Part shown: positions 24,952 to 37,886 of the stretch, piece by piece
Numbering within the stretch: the stretch's first letter is position 1
Layout: each line of letters opens with the position of its first letter
NCBI GenBank assembly: GCA_904063045.1
Contig: CAJFCJ010000022.1
Coordinates: 248,001-312,000 of the forward strand
DNA from: Dimorphilus gyrociliatus
Lineage: Eukaryota > Animalia > Annelida
DNA length: 64,000 bases
Reading direction: 5' to 3'
The notes under the pieces: generated by a model
Seen by the model: the letters and a program-made list of their open reading frames with translations, nothing else
The model's database searches: none
Told to the model about the DNA's origin: nothing
Program-made: the position numbers and the translations under genes

Positions 24952-25626
24952 ACTTTCTTTTCTCTTGCTCTTTCTCTCTCTCATCTCTTCCCTTCACTTC
25001 TGTTCTCTTAACCCCTAACCATATATATCTCTCCTTCCCTCTTCCCTTCTTGCTCTTTACTTTTCTTTCTTTCTCTTTTTTTCTTTTTATGTAAAAGTAC
25101 AATAAACAGGAAAAGAATAACAACGAAATATTTGTTCAATTAGACCTAATTACGATAACTGATTAATATATACATTCAGTATATATATATAGATTATTTA
25201 TAGTAGTATATTTTATTTTCTTTCGTTCACGACCTGAATGGATACGCTGCTATAACTTCCTCCAATTACTGCAGCAACTGGCTGAGCATCCGACTGCCCG
25301 CAAGAGAAAGAGCGCATTGAAGCTCTTATAAAGTCCATTGACTGTTCCACAGCATAAGTATCTCTGGAGCAGGTGTCTATTATCCTAGCGCCCAAAGTTA
25401 TGTTCGGCAGTAAGTCCTGCTTGTTATTGATCTCTTCCAGAGTAAAGAACATGGCCTCTAGGCGCTGTATGCCTCGTTCTCCCTGAATAGGTCCGCACGG
25501 TGTCCCCGGGTTATCGCTCTTCTTATGAACCGGGAACAGGCCTCCTAAGAAAATATCTCCAGGCAGGTTGGCGATTTGCTGTTGTCCAAGCACCATGCAG
25601 ATTTGCAGGACGAGGAAGAGAAGCAT
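15303..25626 (-). CDS. GRM: Metabotropic glutamate receptor, group II/III (DmGluRA/GRM2-3)-like, 871 aa
   Basis: complement(join(15303..15418,15481..15673,16141..16833,17274..17638,23671..24526,25234..25626)), 2616 nt. Signal peptide; Venus flytrap with glutamate-contact motifs [51 protein letters not shown]; Cys-rich domain; 7TM ([57 protein letters not shown]). The acceptor at 16833 is non-canonical (see findings). Confidence 0.96.
18859..18892. repeat. (AG)n microsatellite in mGluR intron 2
   Basis: Near-perfect GA dinucleotide run. Confidence 0.9.
24895..24980. repeat. (CT)n microsatellite in mGluR intron 1
   Basis: CT dinucleotide run; source of spurious ORF 24852..25094. Confidence 0.9.
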
Positions 25627-27100
25627 TGACGGTCTTTATTCTTTGCCTATCGATGATCAATGTCGGATTTTTTCGTGTTTTTTGTTTTCGTTTATAGAAC
25701 CGGGAAATGTAAATTGATTAGACGTCGGAAGATCCGCTTGATTCCCTACATCGTCTCCGGAAACTGACTATTTCTATAGTATATTTAGTTATTTTATTTT
25801 AATCTTAATTTCATTAATCGGCTTAAAAGTAAACTTTGCCTTTACAGGGCAATAGTATCTTTTTGATTTTAATACCCATTTGTTTTTGTTCAAATGGATA
25901 AAAGAGATAAATTGATTATTTCTCAGCCAAGATTGTTTTACCTCATCGTCTTGAGGAGAGAGACATTAATTGTTAGGGACCTATATTCTATTAATTACAA
26001 TCTCAGGGGGTTCTTTTCCCCTTTTGCCATTATTTATATACATATTATTTTCCTTTTCTCTACTTTTCATACACCAAAAATGAAAAAGCTAATTTGATCT
26101 ACTTCCGCAAATGTTTTCAAACTTTTTTCCCGCCAAGAACATCAAATATAGAGTAAAAGAGAAGAAGAAAAAACACGTAGCTATCCTTTTTTATTTTTAT
26201 TATTAGTTAATTTAAAAAGAGAAAGTTTGTTTTGTTTTTACTCCTTCGAGAAAAGGCAAAAAGTTCTTCGCTCTGCCTCTCTTGCTCTTATTCTCTTGAT
26301 TTGTCCTTTGCGAATGAGATAAAGTAATTGATTGGCGGACTCTGCTTGTTTTCTACATAGTCTTCCGGAGAGACGGTTCGTTAGACACCTATATTAATTA
26401 TTAGCTTCGTCGTCTCCAAACTAACGCTTAATTTAGACGCGTTTCGAGACCTTATGGTCGTTAGAAGCCCAACGAAGATATTCTAACTGACTAGTTTATA
26501 AATGAGAGAATGACGAGGAACTATAACAAGAAATGTTTAATGTTCCGCGGCTAGAGAACACTCACTTTTGCAGTTTACTCTGTCAATATCTTATTCGACT
26601 CGTACTGCAAATATTGTATAGAAAAAAGTACCAGATGCGGCCTGCTCTACACATGTACACAATTAATGTCTATTCGTAATTAACACGCGAATTATATGAT
26701 AGGAAATATCTTACCTCCGTCAAAGAAAAGCGATAAAAGACGCCTGCGTCTCTGTAGACGGCGCTTTTTTTCGGAATTTCAACAGATCCTTTTCTCTTTC
26801 TCCCGCTCTCCGAGATAATCGATTGGTAAACTATCGAAGATTATCTTAGGCCAAATTTCGATCGTAAAGCGGTTAAGGTGGTAATTTCTTTAATTAATTC
26901 CGATCTCCCCAGTGACGTCCTAAAAGAGACGACGGCTGAATATTCGCAGCAGTCTTCAAGTTTTAATCATTTCTCTCCTTTTATTCCTCTTATTATTCTT
27001 TAAGTTTACGGTTAGCTGCCAACCGCCTTCTCCCTGCGTTCAGATGAACGTCCGCCCGGTAGACGGAGCTTCTGGCATAATAATAATTCGAATTATAATG
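25627..27100 (-). promoter_or_regulatory. Probable mGluR 5' UTR exon(s) and promoter
   Basis: CpG-richer island upstream of the ATG; minus-strand donor GGAG|GTAAGA at 26715/26714; TGACGT (CRE half-site) near 26913; ATTGG/CCAAT near 26822. TSS not determinable. Confidence 0.45.
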
Positions 27101-30100
27101 GCTATAAATCGATGACATGTGTAACTTAGACTTACGCTGTTGAATATCAATAAGCGAAGATCTTTTAAGCTTATTTATTGAATTTTATTTACTTTTGTTT
27201 AAAAAAGAGTTGAAAGAAAGTCAAGTTGAAGTAATAAAGAAAGATAAGTCAAGACAAAATTACAGATAACTTAATAATATATATATAAGTTCATCTACTG
27301 CTTTACTTTATTAGATTCGAATATTTCTCTTTTAACAAAAGTAAAACATATTATATTTATTTTACATAACTTGTCAATATTGAACAAGAATAAATAAGAA
27401 TATATTAACATGCTTAATTAGCTGGAACATCAAATATAGATCGTCTTCCAACTATAAATAAATATATACGTTTATGTATGGACCTATTTATATATATATC
27501 TTTATATCTACAAATAGACTATTTATAGATATATAGACACATAAATATATATGCATACTGATTATACATAAATAAATAAAGATGGACAACAGCTCTAAAG
27601 GTATGCAAAAATACTCGGAGGAATTGAGATATATGTTAATGTTTGTAGATTACAAACGATATATTTATAGGGTTTTATATTTATTAGTTAATTAGTTTAT
27701 TTATTATGTTAACTTTATAGTTCAATTTAAACAAGACCACACCTTCTGCCTACTATGTGCGCGTATATTACTATCTACTAGCACTTTTTAGCACGTGAGT
27801 TCTTGTATACTGTATATACACAGATTCATGTATTACCTCTCTGAGTAGATAGAACATATGGCTAGCTATGTTTTTATAGAAATTTTTTTCCGTCTATTCG
27901 CTTTTAATTTTGCTATGTAAATGACTTTAAAAGTAGTTTTTAATTATTTTTAATTACATAGTTAGTCAAGTAATAATAGTAAAAATAAGAAAAATAGAAA
28001 ATACATTACATGTCACAAATATAATATGATATTTATAGTAAATTTTTGTTTTTTTCTTCCCTTATCGTACTGGATATTTCTAGACAAGAAACGGAAGTAA
28101 AAACAATCACACAAACATAGAATTATAATGTTCGTCCTCTATTTCGTAAATTAGTTAGCTTTTATGTTTTTTTTCATCTAACTAGGAGCGTCTCTCTCTA
28201 GATACTTTCATTCAAAAAGGGATATAGGCAATTATACGGAAATAGACTACGCTATAAGGTCGGTGGAGCAATTAGCGCCATCAATGGTCGTCAGTCAGCT
28301 TGTATACTTTTTTCATAGCCAAAAATAATAGCTATGTTGTATATTAAATTGACAGAAAATAGCGCTTTTGCTACTTTACTTGGAGAATTAAAGTAAGAAA
28401 AACATAAATGTTTTTCCAACGAGTATTTCTATTTTTTTTAGTGAAAAATCCAACACCTCTTCGCCATTTCCTGTCTTTGCGTATACATTTCTTCTATCTC
28501 TACGTCTTTTCAGCTCCTTCATCTCCGTCTAGCCCTTGCTCCCCCATACCCCTCTCTTTCCCATACAGTATATATATATATACATATACTTATTTATTCT
28601 CTTTTCTTCTTCTTTCACTGTCTGCTCTTTTCTAATTTCTTTCTTAAACTTCAGAAAATCTAACAAAAGGACGTTTAGACGTCTACCAAAGATTATTTAT
28701 TTTGTCAATCCTTTTACATTTTTGTCACGTAAGACTACTCAGTATTGAAATTCTGTTTAATCAGTGTAAAAATGGTAGCAGGGGAGTCGTAAAAATTTCT
28801 TTAGTTTTTCTATTGTTCACTAATGAGTGAGTTTCAGATGGCGCTGTTTGGCCAAGACATGATGTGATTAATGACATGCTCTGTTAGAAACGGATAGTCA
28901 TAATCAATGAAGGGAAGTGTTTACAACGCAACTTTGCTAAACATGAGAACACAAGTAGTTATATTAAGAAAAATTTTAAAAATTGACGATTAGCAATCAG
29001 AGTCTGTCAAGTTTATAGCAATTTTCCTCTCTCTACTTCTTCGAGTATGTATGAATTTTATATAGGTCTAATTTATGAAAGAGAAAGTTGATGGCTATTG
29101 ACAATTCATTTTCGAAAAAGTGGAAAGAGAGAAGAAGTGAGACAGATATATAGATGGAAAGTTAGGTAGGTAGTTAGATAGATAGATAGAGGTGGGTGAT
29201 TGGATGGATAGACAGATAGATCGATAAATAGATAGAAAAAAGGGAGAGAGAGAGAGAGAGAAAGATAAGAGCTGAAGGTGGAGAAAGGAAAAACAAGAGT
29301 ATTTGCGGAGTTCCACTATGAGAATTTATTAAGATAAAAAATTCCATTATGTTTGTTAAGGTAATAATTGACTTTTTTAAGGCAAGAAGATTTAACTAGA
29401 TAAATTTAAAAAAAAAATAACTGGTCTCTTCTAAATAAGATTAAAATTTGTAAAATAAGTTTCTTTTACAAGTGAAGAAATGGATAAGGACAATCGTTTG
29501 GTAGGTCGAAAATATACTCGTTACCGTCCTGTATATCATTGACATTATACACTTGAAATTGATATAATTCTAGAACTAATTTTCAGGTCATACTTGTTGG
29601 TCAATCAGACAAACTTTTTAGACAATTTGATCCAATTTATAAAGATATCGGACAGTAGCAAATCTAGTAAAAACATCCGAGTCTATGTGTGCATAAAGGG
29701 CGTGGGATAAAAAATCAGACTGAGAGTGAGAGAGAGAGAGTAGATATTGAGAAAAGAGAGGGTGAAAAAGAGGAATTTCATATCTTCGTATATTTTAATT
29801 AATAGTTGATTGGAGTTGTATGAAATGGTACTTGGAAATTTCTTTAAATCAATGTCACGCATTTATTTAAATAGTTGTTTCCTCGACATTAATTTATATG
29901 TATATATATATATATATATATATTTTATCCAAATGTGATAGAAAATCGGTAATATAAAATATTAAGCGAGACTTTATAAATGAATATCGGAATTCAATTT
30001 ATCCGCTCTCCATTTTCTAGATAGTGGAATAAAGAATAACAGGCCCATGGCGCAACTACAGATTGGTCGCCTGAACCGATCCATATATAACTAGGCCTAT

Positions 30101-32694
30101 AATATTACAATTAACAAAATATGATACCGTGTGAAGCGTTTTCAAAATAGTTTGCCATTTTTATTATAAACAAACCTTGGAGCGAATTCTCATAAAAAAA
30201 AAGTTTCTTAATTTTTGCTGACTATTAAAAAAAGAGGAAAAAGAGTGAAATATTGAGTGGGAGGGTTATATAGTAAAGTTGGGAAAGAGAAGCTCTCTCT
30301 CTCTTGTATATATATAGCGTATATGCATATAATAATACTGTACAAACGACATATATAGTATTTATGTCCAATGTTCACCAATATTCTAACAGGAAGTTTA
30401 AAGAAATAATCTAAACTTTTTACTATAAAAAGCCACTATCTATTGCATAAGAATAGACTCAGCAATCTTAAGTCATCTTTGCTGTCAATCACATTCTATC
30501 CTATTTCTCACATTGTTTGAAGGACATATTGAACGTTTTCTCCTCTTCAACTCAGTTTAATGTTTGCGTGTTCAATTCTATCCAAATTACTAAATCGTTT
30601 TTAAGGATTAAGGTTCAAGTTGGGTTAATTATAGCATTTGAGCTTATTATTTTGCCACTAGTCTATTATCCACAAGTTTTAGAACAAAAAATCCATAGAG
30701 AAAGAGCAAATTATAGGGATAAAAGTGTATATAAAAAAACTCTTTCTCTATGCCTTTCCTCTCCCTTCTTCTTTATTTTTATCTTCATCTTCTTTTCATC
30801 TAACTTTAGTATTTTTGGTTAGCTGTATTCAAAAATTCATAATATTTTGCGAATCATAGAAATTCGTGTTGGAAATCAACAAAAGTCATTCCCTGCTGTT
30901 TAAAAAGTAAAGTAGACTGTATAAACGACTCTATGATATTGAAAATCTATTTCTGCGTTTGTTTATTGATACACTAAGACTAGAAAGAAAAAAAAAAACA
31001 ATTTTTTTTGCGCAATCGAGAAGAATGACTGTTCAAGCAGTAAATATCTTTCATTTTTAACGTTCAAATAAGAGACTCATTCAAAAAATGCACACACTTT
31101 TAGTAAGATGCGAGAACAAATGTTCGTATTGAATATTGCGGGAAGAAGAGAAAGAATAAGAATAATAATATAAAAGAAATACACAAGATGGAATTAAATC
31201 GAATGGAAGACATATTCCTTGTGTGCGTATTGGGTATTCTAGAATCATTATACATTTTAAATTCTCAAATGACAATAATTAGTTTTTACAAATTAGACAA
31301 ACTAGTTTCAGGCCCTGTGGAATGTATACTTTTACAAATAGCAAAATAATGTTTAATAATAATAATAGTCTTTTGATTAAGAAACTCGATTAAGTGTTAT
31401 TAAAGAGTTATTTTTATTTATTACGTTTGTCAACTTGTCTCGTATAGATAGAGGTTGACGGAGTGTAACTGGAGAGGGAGGAGAAACACGAGCAGGACGA
31501 CCCTGGCTGCAGGCTGGATGACTCAATTGTCAAAACCTAAATTTGCTTAAAATAACTTTCACAGTACTTGCGCTCAACCGAGCATAGTTATTTTAACGCT
31601 GGAGATGCCTCCTCTCAATAACCCTACTGTGATGTTTTCCTTGAGCGACGAATTCAATTTCTCTCTAAGTGCACCATAATGATTAGGATCGATCGTCAAC
31701 TTTTATCCATCACTACGTAATCAAACAATGTGATGCTCTCATTTTAGACATTTCTTCCTTGATAGAAGAACTCTGGTTCAAAATAAGGTAGGACCTAATT
31801 GGGCGTCTTTTCAAAAGGCTTATTCCACTTTTTTACAATTTACTTATGCGTTTGTTTTACAACTTATTAATAATTTACAATACAATAAACATCTAAATTA
31901 GAAAAGCTGTCAAAGGAAGAGATTCTTCTCTGGTTTTACGACTTTTGCTTAGTTTGCACCTTCTAGAACTAGTCTTAGTTCAACAATCGAACGTGCTGGT
32001 TACAAAAGAAGTAAAATATCTTGGGGGATAGAAAATTCTGTTACTGATAGTATTCTACGAAACAAAAACTACAATGGAAATAAAAGAAAATAAAGATTTA
32101 GAGAACGAAGAACATCTTGAAAAACGTTTTTAAATTCATAATTAATATCCATTTAGATAATTTTCTGATTACAAACATGCTATACTGTATAATTGATTCT
32201 CTAACTATTTCAGGGTCCCTCCTTATCCTTCTTTATACGCTTTACTTTTTCAATAATGATAACAGAACTAAATTATTCGCCAATAGCCTTGAATTTAACT
32301 CTTAACCAACACTTTTTAGGGTGTTTATTAATCGATTCTGGATATGATCATTATTCTTTCCACTCTTAATGAGAATATTTGCTAGCTACTGATCATCAGT
32401 CGCTATTGTTAATGTTTGCATAAATTAACTGCTTTGTAGAATCCTTATTTGGTTTAAAGCTATTTTTTCAAACAAAACTCTTGTCAATTGTATAACTGAA
32501 ATTATTTATCAATTTTTTAATTAAATCTTTGTCACCAAATGTGGACAATATAGGCTTATCAGTATGCAGTGAGGATAATATCATCCATTACAGGATACTT
32601 TTAATGAGTGTATTAAAAAGTTAGTGCATTTTATTTGACGTCTAACCCCGTTAAATTGTCATTAGTAAAGGTTTGAAGGGAGGTGGGAAGGAGA

Positions 32695-32743
32695 GATACA
32701 GAGAGACAAACAGAGAGGGAGAGAGAGATAGATATAGAGATAA

Positions 32744-32780
<37 letters not shown>

Positions 32781-32820
32781 GAGGGAGAGAGTAGCAGGCA
32801 GACAGACAGAAAGAGAGTTT
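32695..32820. repeat. Compound (GATA)n/(GA)n/(GACA)n microsatellite
   Basis: About nine perfect GATA units at 32745..32780, flanked by GA/GACA repeats. Confidence 0.9.
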
Positions 32821-35099
32821 AGAAACGTGAAAGTTTGTAAGGGATTTTAATTATTCCATCCCATAATCCTTCCCCTGTCTTAATCTGTTTTTGAAAGTTT
32901 TCGGCCCATCAGATGGCACTACTGTCCTGTAAGACTACGTTGTAAAATCAAAAACAAGTAATAACAACAATTAAAATAATGAAACCATGTAATTGCATGT
33001 AATAATCTCTTTACCCTTAAAATGATAGTAAGAATAGCATGGTTATTTTTTAGCATTACGCCTTTCAAATACCTAAATGTTGCCTTTAATGTTACCTTTG
33101 ACGGATACAAAACAGCTGATATACGTAAAACCAATTCACAAATATTTCGTATTTTCTCCAGATGAACTTATTTATTTATTGTATGAAAAATTCAGGAAAA
33201 AAGTATACATCTTAATAAAGAAAGACTCTATTTCATTCCACCTTTTATAGCACGAAGAACGAATCCGAGGAAGTGCAATCCAATAGTCTTTAGTATTATT
33301 TATCATCAATCTTTTTGTTATCATTGTTATCATTCAATTTCTTGGAAATTTATTTTAAGAACTTAAGAAGGGAACCCTGTTCAATTAAAAAGAAATAAAA
33401 GCTAGAAAGATGGCAAAAACGAGAATATTTTAGACATGGAAAAACTTATAAATTTATGTATAAAACAAATAGTCTGATCATTAAGCGTATAAAGCATTTA
33501 TGTGTTATTATATGCAGTTTATATCGTAGTATTTTCAATCCTTAGAATTACTGCTAAATTCGACATTTTTTTGATTCTTATAAGTTTATAAGGAGATTAT
33601 TTTCGTTGTTAGATGTTCAATTTAGAAAGTCTTAAACAAGCTTTTATTAATAATGGTCATTATAGATATTCTGAAGATTATAATAGATATATTGTAGATG
33701 TACAATGTAAACAAAACAAGCTATCTTAATATATGCCATTGGAAATCGTACTAGTTAATAGTTTCCGGTAGTTGGTATATTACTCTATTCAATCGGTTTG
33801 GAGCATCTGCTGCCGAATCAGCTATATTATTTATAATTAATGCTTTCTTATTTATATTAAATGTCTCTCCTTTCGTTTGTTAGTTGCCCGGTCTGTGTAT
33901 ACTAACATATGTATATATGTATTTTGTTTTTGTAGCTCTAAGATATGAAGCATTATCGTGAACTAGAATAAAGTCCTCTTCAAGCTGAGCTTAAGTTATA
34001 GATAGGAAATGGCTTTCTGAGAGTGTGATATACTACTCTAAATCCATCCTATTATCTACTGCTGCTAAATAAATTCACATATACTTTTCATCAAGGTATT
34101 AGAATAACCCCTGCAAAACTTGCATTAAGAAAATCTGTCATCCGTTGTGTAATATAGAACTATTTCGATAGTCATATTCCTAATATTCGTCTGTGAATAT
34201 TATATTGGGCGAGGACTGGTACTCATGGAAATTGTATGCAAATTTTTTCCTATCATCAATTTTTTTAGTGTCGGTTTCTAGTTCATTATTTTTATTCTTT
34301 TTGTTGGCTTTTGTCTTTTGGGACGTCTTTAAATGATTTTTACGCCCTCTTTCTAGATATTTTCTTCCTTACTGCGATGTTAGTTAGGAGACGAATAATG
34401 CTCATCTGTTAATAGTACAGCTTACCAGAGAAATTTTACACTCTTACTTTAATTTTGAGATAATGCCATGCTGTCTTTGCAGTCCTCCTGTTAAGTATCA
34501 AGGTATAAAAAACAACTCTTTTCTCTATTAGTTTTAATTTTTATTTTTCCTTCCTCAGAAAGAAGACCTCTTGCTTCTCTATAGTGATTAAACATACATA
34601 ATTAGATGAATAGCCAAAATTTCACTCCTCTTGTATAGAAGAAAAAGTCTATGGAAGTGTAATGTTCACAATACAAAATGTGGTTTATTGGTAAATTGAC
34701 TAATTCAGCTATACAACATATACGTTTACTATACATTCATAACGAAACCTTACAGTTTGACTGTTTTATAATTGTATAAACCGATAGAGTTTCCGTAATC
34801 AAATGAATAGTTGTTGTTTTTTTTCGTTCTCCTCTCAAATGAATATGTATTATGATAATTTTTCTCAAAGATTTGCACAATTATAAAAGTCAAGTGCGCC
34901 ATAAAGTTACATAGAGAAGGACAGGTATAAGCGAAACAGTAAAGAGTGGAAATAGAAGAATAAGAAAGAAAGAAAAAGAGAGGAAGAGTGAGTGAGTTAG
35001 TGAGTGAACGAAAAAGATAAAGATACGGAAAGAGATACTGGAGATATTAACTATATTATTACACATAAATTATATTATCTTTGCGATTTATTTGCTATC

Positions 35100-35965
35100 A
35101 TGGCTTCGTTTAATTTAAAAGAGTGGATTCCATTTATTGTAGTTATGTGTTTGTATGTTCTTCAAATTTATTAATTATCAAACTGTATCCGTTCAAAAAC
35201 AAAACAGGAATACTGACTAATTATTTTATAAAGATTTTGGCATTTACAGACCTTTTAACTTGCGGGTTTGCAGTTCCAGTTACAGCTTGTTTGGACATGG
35301 GTTTACTCAGAGACAGAGTCAGCTGTAAATTATGTATGAGTATAACGTATGGGTTTGTGTCTTTTTCGTTCCTTACTTTTGGCTCTATTTCTGTAGAGCG
35401 TTGGTTTTCTATTTATAGACCTCATATGCTGACTAAAAAGCACATTGGCGGATTAACTACAATTGCTTTAATTCTTTCGTTAGTGGCAGCTTTTCTAACG
35501 GCTCTTTACTTTGATATAAAAAATGAAAATTCGGAAAATAAAAGATGTAGATTTACACATGGTCATGGTCGAATTGTAGTTGGAATAATTTTCTCTATAT
35601 TTTTCGTTGCTGTGGTTCTTATTATCATCATTTGCTATACAACCATATTTATAGCAACCACTTCAAGGCTTAGGTGTATTAATAAAGTTATGATAGAAGG
35701 TATAAGATCAACAACGTCTAAAATTCAAACAAGATATGCTATTATGTTAATGGGTGTAACAGTGATCTTTCTCCTCTCCTGGATACCTTACTGGCTGGAA
35801 TTTTTTGGAGCAATAAGAAAATATCCTATTTTAAATAGTATTATTTTTATTGAAAACTGTACAAATTGCTTTGTATACTTAGTGTTTCTCAAAACTTATC
35901 GTTTAAATACTAAAAAGTATACGAAATCTATTGGGAAAAAACTGTTCTTTTGTCGAGATAATTAA
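35100..35965 (+). pseudogene. Orphan class A GPCR, intronless, frameshifted in TM1 (pseudogene or assembly indel)
   Basis: ATG 35100 frame gives MASFNLKEWIPFIVVMCLYV (aligns with the paralog's DLKFWTPLISCSVIYF) but stops at 35172..35174. The rest (SNLLII..FTDLLTC..ERWF..FLLSWIPYW..NCTNCFVY) is in another frame. Spacing against the paralog implies about 13 nt missing. Confidence 0.68.
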
Positions 35966-36743
35966 AGATTAAAAATGATTTACCAATTTTTGTCGTGATA
36001 TTGATATCTATCAATATAACTGTAAATACATACTAATATATTCTTCCATGTACTGTATATTCTTATATAATGTATATACTTCAAGAGACATTCTTGATTG
36101 ATTAATTTTTTCCAGTGCAAAAGTCAAAAAAGAACAATTCAATACTTTTACCAGAGATAAAAGAAAAAAATATGAGCTCCTTCATTCAACGTTATTCCAT
36201 CCTTTGTAGATATATTCTTTAATATCATCTCTCTCTAATGATAATAAGAATAATAATAAATTCAATAGTTTCCTTTGTCTCTAAATGTAACATACCAGAT
36301 TGTTTTTTACAATATATTGGTTTTATAAGGAGTTAGATTATAAAATGATCTAGGGTTACGTAAACTTAGAGAATATATCTATTTCTTTTTATTTGATGTA
36401 TTGTAATAAGATGAGAAAGATAATGACATCCGAAGGTTGTCTTTGAGAAAAATATAGATTTTATTGTATTGCTCTTAATGGATATTTCAAAACTTGTTGT
36501 TCGATTATATTCAACTCTAAGAAATCTTTGAAATATAACAAAAACTATTATATTTTAGTCCATTACTATTGCGATTTATCATCATTGGATGTGAAAGAGA
36601 TGCTTTTCCTTTACCATTATATAATCAATTCATCGATTTGTAGTAGTCTTTTATAACCTATCGTTTAAGTGAAGAGAAATTACTCTTTCAAGAGAGTTAG
36701 AATTGAAAATACACACTATTTCTTTCCCTTTAGGATTTGTAAA

Positions 36744-37700
36744 ATGAGCAACGGAACTGTCATACAAAAGTTGGACTTGAAATTTTGGACGCCTCTCATT
36801 TCTTGTAGTGTTATTTACTTTACTATTGGAGTGCCGTCGAATTTACTCATTACATTCGGATATCCCAATGCTAATAAGACAACTACACTATCTAATATCT
36901 TTATCAAAACTTTATCTATAATAGATTTCTTAACTTGTTTTCTTGTTGTTCCTCAAACGCTTCTTCTGGAGCTGGGATTTATAAGAAATTTGATTTTTTG
37001 TCGAATGTCTGTTGGCTTTAATTACTTTTTAGTTGCCTATTCTGTAGCTATTGTCGGGTGTTTAGCCATAGAGAGATGGTTTGCAATTAAGAAGCCTCAT
37101 ATTCTGAAGAAGAAGCATGTAATTGGAACTAGTATCTCGACGGCTGTTTTATCTCTTCTAATAGCCATAACTTTTTCACTATTTTACAAAATTTCCCCAT
37201 ATGAGAAGCTGGACGGGAGAGAATTTCCTAGTTGCAATTTCAAGTTGAGCTTAGGAGGAATAATTCTTGGAGTTGTATTAATGCTATTCTTCTTTGCCGT
37301 CCTTCTAGTTGTGACATTCTGCTATGTGAGCATATATTTAGTAATTTATAAAAAACTTGAAAAAAGATCCCAAATTAAGCCAATAATAGAAACTAACTCA
37401 ACAAAGATAACAGACACAAATTCAAATAGAAAAGATGAGAAGAAAGTAGCAAGAAATATTAACGCTGGTGGTGAATCTCTAAAATCACAAGTAAGATCGG
37501 CAACAATGTTATTTGGCGTAACTATAATATTCTTTCTTACTTGGGTACCATTTTGGTTGGATACGTTAAGAGTTATTAACAGAAATCAAATTTTACAATA
37601 TACGTTTTATATCAATAACTGTACGAATTTTTTTGTTTATTTCATTTTTCAAGAGAAATTTCGTAAAAGTATCTTTGGAATTTGTAAGAGTAGAAGTTAG
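36744..37700 (+). CDS. Orphan class A GPCR (318 aa, intronless CDS), same subfamily as 35100..35965 and 46998..56487
   Basis: ATG 36744 after acceptor TTTCCCTTTAG; sequon NGT; GVPSNLL, IIDFLTC, FCRM (TM3 Cys), ERWF, ECL2 Cys, FFLTWVPFW, NNCTNFFVY, helix-8 FRKSIF. Confidence 0.88.
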   Translation: MSNGTVIQKLDLKFWTPLISCSVIYFTIGVPSNLLITFGYPNANKTTTLSNIFIKTLSIIDFLTCFLVVPQTLLLELGFIRNLIFCRMSVGFNYFLVAYSVAIVGCLAIERWFAIKKPHILKKKHVIGTSISTAVLSLLIAITFSLFYKISPYEKLDGREFPSCNFKLSLGGIILGVVLMLFFFAVLLVVTFCYVSIYLVIYKKLEKRSQIKPIIETNSTKITDTNSNRKDEKKVARNINAGGESLKSQVRSATMLFGVTIIFFLTWVPFWLDTLRVINRNQILQYTFYINNCTNFFVYFIFQEKFRKSIFGICKSRS

Positions 37701-37886
37701 TAATGAATATATCAACTATTAATCATAATATTTATAAATACTGCATAAATCTGCATAAATATATACTTGTATATTAGTACTGTCGACACTTTATATAGTA
37801 ACATTTATATGAATTACTCTCATTTGTTTATCTACATTGTTTATTCCTTTGTTTCTCTTTTACCAAAAATATCTTAAATGAAAAAT

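Noticed and set aside
30040-30100. CCAAT- and TATA-like arrangement (GATTGG..CCATATATAA)
   Set aside because: No downstream transcript or ORF could be linked to it; such short motifs are common in AT-rich DNA.
20166-33134. Numerous 60-100 aa ORFs in mGluR introns and the 28-33 kb intergenic region
   Set aside because: Low-complexity F/L/S or K/R/E translations of microsatellites and AT-rich DNA.
36585-36700. Possible relic of a third GPCR TM1 (LDVKEM..SSLFITY) with an 11-bp upstream match TTGCGATTTAT shared with the 35.1 kb gene
   Set aside because: Similarity is too short and weak to separate from chance without an alignment test.
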